Positions 33,897-39,092 of a stretch of DNA of 39,092 nt are shown piece after piece. This stretch comes from an uncultured Clostridium sp. (lineage in GTDB: Bacteria > Bacillota > Clostridia > TANB77 > CAG-508). A model generated the notes under the pieces. That model was not told where the DNA came from and did no database searches. It was given only the letters and a program-made list of their open reading frames with translations. The stretch is from assembly GCA_947571975.1 (NCBI GenBank), contig CANPAC010000003.1:1-39092 (forward strand), in the 5' to 3' direction. Numbering within the stretch: position 1 is the stretch's first letter; each line of letters begins with the position of its first letter. A program made the translations under genes and the position numbers.

Positions 33897-34118
33897 AGAT
33901 ATTATTACATTTTAAATTATATTATATTTTTATAAAAAAAGCAAGTAAACCCTTTAAAATGCAGAAAAATTATGCAAAGCAGCTTGATGTTATATAAATA
34001 ATATGATAAAATGTAATTATGAATTTATAAGATTCATTTTATCATATATTTCCTTGTGTTATCTAGCTTAGCTAGTTCACTATATAATTTAGCAACACCA
34101 AATAAATTTTGGAAAGGA

Positions 34119-34847
34119 ATGAAAATTATGTTTATTGCAAAATGCCTCCTTGTTATTTTAACATTTATTTTACTATTCATTGCACGGATAAAAAACTATA
34201 ACAAAAAGACAGATTCTGCTAACTTATTATTTACTATCGCAACCATATTAGGAATTGCATCTTGTATATTACTATTTATCGACAACATAAATATATTTAA
34301 TCTTCCTAAAATAGCGTTATTTATTTCAATATGTTTATGTATTGTGTTTGACGAATATGATGAGAGAGATGGAATATTAGACTCATTTCTTTCTAGTGTC
34401 TTTGCTATTGGCTTCATAGTTACAATGGTACTTCTTTTGATTACCTTCATCATATTTATGTTTAGTTTTAAGCAATGCGAAACACCTGAAATAGAAACAA
34501 CAAGCTGCAAAATAATATGTGCTAAAGACAATTCTTTAGTAGATGGTTCTATAATAGGAAGTATTCATCATATTTATGGTTCAGTATCTGAAAAATTCGT
34601 ATACCAATTCTACTATTACAACGAAGATGGTAAACCTGAGCCGGGAAGAATACCAGCGGAATCTACAGAACTTAATTTCATTGAAGAGGGAGAGGAGCCA
34701 TATTTAGAAACGATTGTTACAACAACCTATGAGATTAATAAAGTAATGAATCCTAAAATTAGGTTTAGTGAAAAAACAGAAACAACATATAATTTGTATA
34801 TTCCACGTAGTGCAATAACAGATGTATATGAATTGGATGCAGAATAA
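34119..34847 (+). CDS. Hypothetical multi-pass membrane protein
   Basis: GAAAGGA RBS before ATG 34119, about four hydrophobic segments then a soluble domain; contains an in-frame CGG at 34185-34187. Confidence 0.65.
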   Translation: MKIMFIAKCLLVILTFILLFIARIKNYNKKTDSANLLFTIATILGIASCILLFIDNINIFNLPKIALFISICLCIVFDEYDERDGILDSFLSSVFAIGFIVTMVLLLITFIIFMFSFKQCETPEIETTSCKIICAKDNSLVDGSIIGSIHHIYGSVSEKFVYQFYYYNEDGKPEPGRIPAESTELNFIEEGEEPYLETIVTTTYEINKVMNPKIRFSEKTETTYNLYIPRSAITDVYELDAE

Positions 34848-34850
34848 GCA

Positions 34851-34882
34851 AAAAAAGGTGGCGAATTTTTCGCCATCTTTTT
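34851..34882 (+). terminator. Intrinsic terminator
   Basis: aaaaaaggtggcgaa-ttttcgccatcttttt. Confidence 0.65.
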
Positions 34883-34923
34883 ATATGCTTGACATATCTG
34901 TTATAATAAAAAAGGTGATAAAA

Positions 34924-35631
34924 ATGCAAAGAATATTAAGTAATTTTAGAAAAGCAATTGAAGAATACAAAATGATAGAAGATGGCGATAAAATTGCCGT
35001 TTGTTTATCTGGCGGAAAAGACTCCATTACTATGTTACATGCCTTCAAATCCTTACAACGTTTCTATCCAAAGAAATTCGATTTAATAGCTATTAGTATT
35101 AATCCTGGCTTCGAATATTTTGACACTAAGTTTTTACAAAAAATATGTGATGACATAGATATTCCCTTTTTCGTTGAAAATAGTAATGCAAAAGAAATCG
35201 TTTTTGATATTAGAAAAGAAAAAAATCCTTGTTCTTTATGTGCTAATTTGCGTAGAGGTGTAATTAATTCAATTGCTATTAGAGAAGAATGTAATAAAAT
35301 TGCTTTAGGACATAACCAAGATGATGTTTTAGAAACTTTTTTATTGAATTTGTTATATACAGGAAATATTAACACTTTTTCTCCTGTAAGCTTCATGGAC
35401 AGGTCTAAGATTACTTTGATTAGACCACTTGTATATACACCTGAAAAGGATATTCGTAGTTTTATTAGAAGAAATAATTTTGAGGTTATGAAAAAAGTAT
35501 GTCCTATGGATGGAATTTCAAAAAGAGAAGATATGAAACAACTAATCTTTTCTTTAACAAAAAGCATTCCTATGGTTCGTGCTAATTTATTTGGAGCAAT
35601 TCAAAGAAACTTAGAAGATTGGAAAATATAA
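34924..35631 (+). CDS. ttcA: tRNA 2-thiocytidine(32) biosynthesis protein TtcA family
   Basis: IAVCLSGGKDS PP-loop, PCSLCANLRRG, KIALGHNQDD, LIRPL, CPMDG. Confidence 0.88.
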   Translation: MQRILSNFRKAIEEYKMIEDGDKIAVCLSGGKDSITMLHAFKSLQRFYPKKFDLIAISINPGFEYFDTKFLQKICDDIDIPFFVENSNAKEIVFDIRKEKNPCSLCANLRRGVINSIAIREECNKIALGHNQDDVLETFLLNLLYTGNINTFSPVSFMDRSKITLIRPLVYTPEKDIRSFIRRNNFEVMKKVCPMDGISKREDMKQLIFSLTKSIPMVRANLFGAIQRNLEDWKI

Positions 35632-35648
35632 TCATTTTTTTGGTGAAG

Positions 35649-35676
35649 AAAAGGATAGCAATTTCGCTATCCTTTT
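35649..35676. terminator. Bidirectional terminator between ttcA and pgm
   Basis: aaaaggatagc-aatttc-gctatcctttt. Confidence 0.75.
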
Positions 35677-35738
35677 ACATTATTTAATTATTTCTACTTT
35701 TCTTTTAAATATCTCTTTAATATGTTTTGTACATAATA

Positions 35739-37460
35739 TTAACATATTTCTAACATAGCATTTTTCAATTCTTCTAGCTTTACATTTGCATCTTCATCAG
35801 ATGTTCCTTTTACTCCCATATATAGTTTGATTTTAGGCTCTGTTCCAGATGGGCGTATACAACACCAAGCGTCATCTTCTAATTCATAATATAATACATT
35901 TGACTGTGGTAAACCTGTTGAAGTTATCTCACCTGTTTCCATATTTTTTACAACATCTTTTTCGACATCTTTAAATCTTATTACTTTATAATCTCCAATT
36001 TTCCTTATATCTGTATTTCTCATCTTAGTCATCATATCTTTTATTTCCTGTGCACCTTGTACACCTTCCCTAACAATAGATACCTGTGCTTCTTTGTAAT
36101 AGCCATATTTTTTATAAATATCATTCATAGCATCCCATAAAGTTTTTCCTTGTGCCTGATAATAACATGCCGCTTCACATAGTGCCATTACAGCTGCGAT
36201 TCCATCTTTGTCTCTTGCATAATCTCCAATTAAACATCCATAACTTTCTTCATAGCCAAATACATAAGTTTTATCATGATTTTCTTCTGCCTTTTTCATA
36301 ACAGCTCCAATATTTTTAAATCCTGTTAATACTTCTGGGCAATCTAAGTTATAATATTTAGCAATAGCTTTTGCTAAATTAGAAGATACTATCGTAGTAA
36401 TTAACATACCATTACTTGGTAAAGTCCCCTTTTCTTTCATCTGTGAAATTCTATATTCTGCAATTAATAATGCTGACATATTTCCTGTATAATTCATATA
36501 TTGACCAGTTTTTGTATCTTTTGCAAAAATTCCTAAACGGTCAGCATCTGGATCTGTTGCTAATACTACATCTGCATCTACTTTTTTAGCTAATTCCAAT
36601 GCTAATTTAAATGCTTTTGGGTCTTCTGGATTTGGATAATCAACTGTTGGAAAGTTTCCATCTGGCTTGCTTTGTTCAGGTACAACATATACATTTTCTA
36701 ATCCTAATTCTTTTAAAAGTCTTTCTGCAATTGTGTTTCCTGTTCCATGTAATGGAGTATAAACAACTTTTAATTTTTTTCCTTGTTCTTTCATAATTTC
36801 TGGATTTAAAATTGCATTTTTTAAAACATTTAAGTATTTATTATCCATTTCTGTTTTTATTATATTTAGTAATCCCTTTTGTCTTGCTTCTTCTTCTGAA
36901 ATTTGTTTTATTTCACTAAAGCTTTTTACTTCTCTTACTTTTGTTATAATATCTTTATCTCTTGGAGATACAATTTGTGCTCCATCATCCCAATATACTT
37001 TATATCCGTTATATTTTGGAGGATTATGACTTGCTGTAATCATAATTCCAGCTGTACATTCTAATTCTCTTACTGCAAAAGATAATTCTGGTACAGGTCT
37101 TAAATTTTCAAATAAATATGCTTTAATTCCATTTGCACATAAAATTAATGCTGTTTGTATACTAAACTCTTTTGACATTTTCCTAGAGTCATAGCTGATA
37201 GCAACTCCTTTGTCTTCAGTCCCTTGTTCTAAAATATAATTTGCTAATCCTTGTGTTGCTTTTCCTACTGTATATTGGTTCATTCTATTAGTTCCTGCTC
37301 CTAAAATTCCTCTTAATCCTGCTGTTCCAAATTCTAGTTCTTTGTAAAATCTATCCTCAATTTCTTCTTTGTCTTCACTTATTGCTATTAGTTCTTTTTT
37401 AGTCTCCTCATCAAATTCAGGGCTTTCACACCATTTTTTATACTCTTCTAAATAATTCAT
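35739..37460 (-). CDS. pgm: Phosphoglucomutase/phosphomannomutase
   Basis: LEFGTAGLRG, MITASHNPP, ATDPDADR, GYEESYG, IRPSGTEPKIK. Confidence 0.95.
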   Translation of the reverse strand: MNYLEEYKKWCESPEFDEETKKELIAISEDKEEIEDRFYKELEFGTAGLRGILGAGTNRMNQYTVGKATQGLANYILEQGTEDKGVAISYDSRKMSKEFSIQTALILCANGIKAYLFENLRPVPELSFAVRELECTAGIMITASHNPPKYNGYKVYWDDGAQIVSPRDKDIITKVREVKSFSEIKQISEEEARQKGLLNIIKTEMDNKYLNVLKNAILNPEIMKEQGKKLKVVYTPLHGTGNTIAERLLKELGLENVYVVPEQSKPDGNFPTVDYPNPEDPKAFKLALELAKKVDADVVLATDPDADRLGIFAKDTKTGQYMNYTGNMSALLIAEYRISQMKEKGTLPSNGMLITTIVSSNLAKAIAKYYNLDCPEVLTGFKNIGAVMKKAEENHDKTYVFGYEESYGCLIGDYARDKDGIAAVMALCEAACYYQAQGKTLWDAMNDIYKKYGYYKEAQVSIVREGVQGAQEIKDMMTKMRNTDIRKIGDYKVIRFKDVEKDVVKNMETGEITSTGLPQSNVLYYELEDDAWCCIRPSGTEPKIKLYMGVKGTSDEDANVKLEELKNAMLEIC

Positions 37461-37530
37461 TCTTGTTCTCCTTTCTTTTTTATACACCTATTATACTTTA
37501 TCAATTTAAAATTAGCAATAGATTTTTAAT

Positions 37531-37571
37531 TTCAATGGCTAAAGTGGGACAGTCCCACTTTAGCCATTGAA
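37531..37571. repeat. Perfect 20-bp inverted repeat (REP-like palindrome), related copy at 1-35
   Basis: ttcaatggctaaagtgggac-a-gtcccactttagccattgaa; positions 1-35 read aatggctaaagtgtgcctgtcccaacttagccatc. Confidence 0.75.
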
Positions 37572-37684
37572 TTTTGCTCTTGAAATAAAATAGAAAAGTT
37601 AATTAAATTACAAACTTTTCTATTTTTTGATTTATTTTAAAAACTTATTTCTTAGCTATAATTTTCTTTCTTCATAAAATCATA

Positions 37685-38918
37685 TTAATCTAAATGATAA
37701 AACTTCTTATATAATTCTCTTGCTGTCTTTGGACAGTCAACACCTGCTGAATCCGCATTTTTTACTGGTGCAAATTCTTCTTCCCTTTTAACACGAAGAA
37801 TTGCCATGTCATCTACTTCCCCAAAAGCATCGAATAGAAAAGCTTCAAATTTATAGGCATTTGGCGTATCTGGCACAATTAACTTTCCTTCTTTATCTAA
37901 GCAATTCGCTTTTTTGTAAGCTATATGGTATGGTAGTGGATTTGCTCCCATTCTTTCTACCGCTTCTACACTAAACAAGTTGCAAAGAATATGAGATTCA
38001 CCATAAAATAATTCTCCATCTTCATCTCTTGCCTCTGCCATTTCTTCTGTTATTTCTGAGTATTCTATTACATTTGGTCTTCCATTCTTTTTACAAAACA
38101 CCCCTACTTTTTCTTTAGAATTAGCCTTTACAACAGACTTACAAGCAACTGTTACATTTTTGTCAATAGCAATTCCCATTAATACTGGGTCTACCATTTT
38201 AACTAAGCAATTGTCTACTCCACCAATGAATACCCATTCTTTGCCCATTTCTTTCATTTTTTTAGTCATTCCACTTTTAACTAGTGATTCATAGATTCCT
38301 CCATGTCCATCTGCCGCTTCTTTAATTAATCCATCTTCTCCAATTAATATTTTTCCTTCAGTATCTACCATTGGTAATTCACCTTGTATAAAGAAAAATA
38401 TGTTTTTGTCTTTTTGATACCCAAAATATCTATTTTTTTCAAAAAATTCAATAGTTGCTTTATTATTCTCTCTACTTGTCATGATAAACCATGGAATGGT
38501 AACTCCATATTTTTTTCCTTCTTCTTTCAAGCTGTCACATAATAACTCAAATAGTGATTTATGAGAGTCTAATCCAATGTCATAAGTTCCCTTTGGTCCA
38601 TCATGTCCGAAGTCTAGTTCCTTGCCCACCTGCCATAGTTACGGCTACTAGCTTTCCCTCTCTTATTGCCTTCTTTCCTATATTTTCATAGTGTTTATAA
38701 TCATCATATAATTTATTTTTGTCTAAATATTCAATTGGTGAAATTTCATTTTTCTCTTTTTTATTTTCTTTTTTTGTATTTTTATATAAATCATTAATAA
38801 GTTCAAAATCAATTTTCTCTATTTGATCTAATAATTGCTTTTTTTTCACATCATCTAATCTTTCATACTGTTTTAATAAGTGTTCTTGACCATATTTCTT
38901 TAAAATACTTTCGTCCAT
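37685..38918 (-). CDS. UDP-N-acetylglucosamine pyrophosphorylase (UAP/UDPGP type 1 family, ~410 aa) with a +1 shift at CGG 38607-38609
   Basis: MAGGQGTRL-[CGGA]-HDGPKG restores the family motif GGQGTRLG..GPKG; IPWFIMTS, FFFIQG, DGHGG, GVDNCL, IEYSE, YKFEAFLFD, EFAPVKN. Confidence 0.9.
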
Positions 38919-39092
38919 ATTCCTTCCTCATTTCTAAATTCGATAATAAAACAGATAAATGTGCTCATCTGTTTTATTATTTATACACCATTTTAAAAAA
39001 ATTATCAACACTTTAACTATATTTTTTCTATTTCGTGAATTTTTATTTGAATTTCCGTTTCTTATTAAAAACCTGATATAAGTATGGTGATA

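Overview
Very AT-rich, low-GC Firmicute chromosomal segment, probably an uncultured spore-forming gut Clostridia lineage; the dispersed 'K(G/A)ITLIALVITIIVLLILA' pilin-like genes resemble those of TANB77-type clades (inference). It carries housekeeping genes (DnaJ-family, ddl, murF, VanW-like, sspF-like, sleB/ypeB, MGDG synthase, recR-ybaB-dnaX, SRP RNA, tadA, tRNA-Arg(CCU), ttcA, phosphoglucomutase, UDP-GlcNAc pyrophosphorylase), four pilin-like genes, two giant surface proteins and a few degraded genes. Main finding: seven genes, including normally essential murF and dnaX, look fragmented in the ORF track. All 13 breaks fall at an in-frame CGG codon followed by A or T, and each is repaired by the same +1 shift (NNN-C-GGW; CGGW behaving as one 4-nt unit, most likely Gly). 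This restores full-length proteins and conserved motifs such as GGQGTRL-G-HDGPKG. It points to a genome-wide CGG-triggered +1 recoding (or quadruplet-like decoding) rule rather than random pseudogenisation. Caveats: a systematic sequencing error must be excluded, all 13 sites are in minus-strand genes, and two in-frame CGGs in plus-strand hypothetical genes apparently do not shift.
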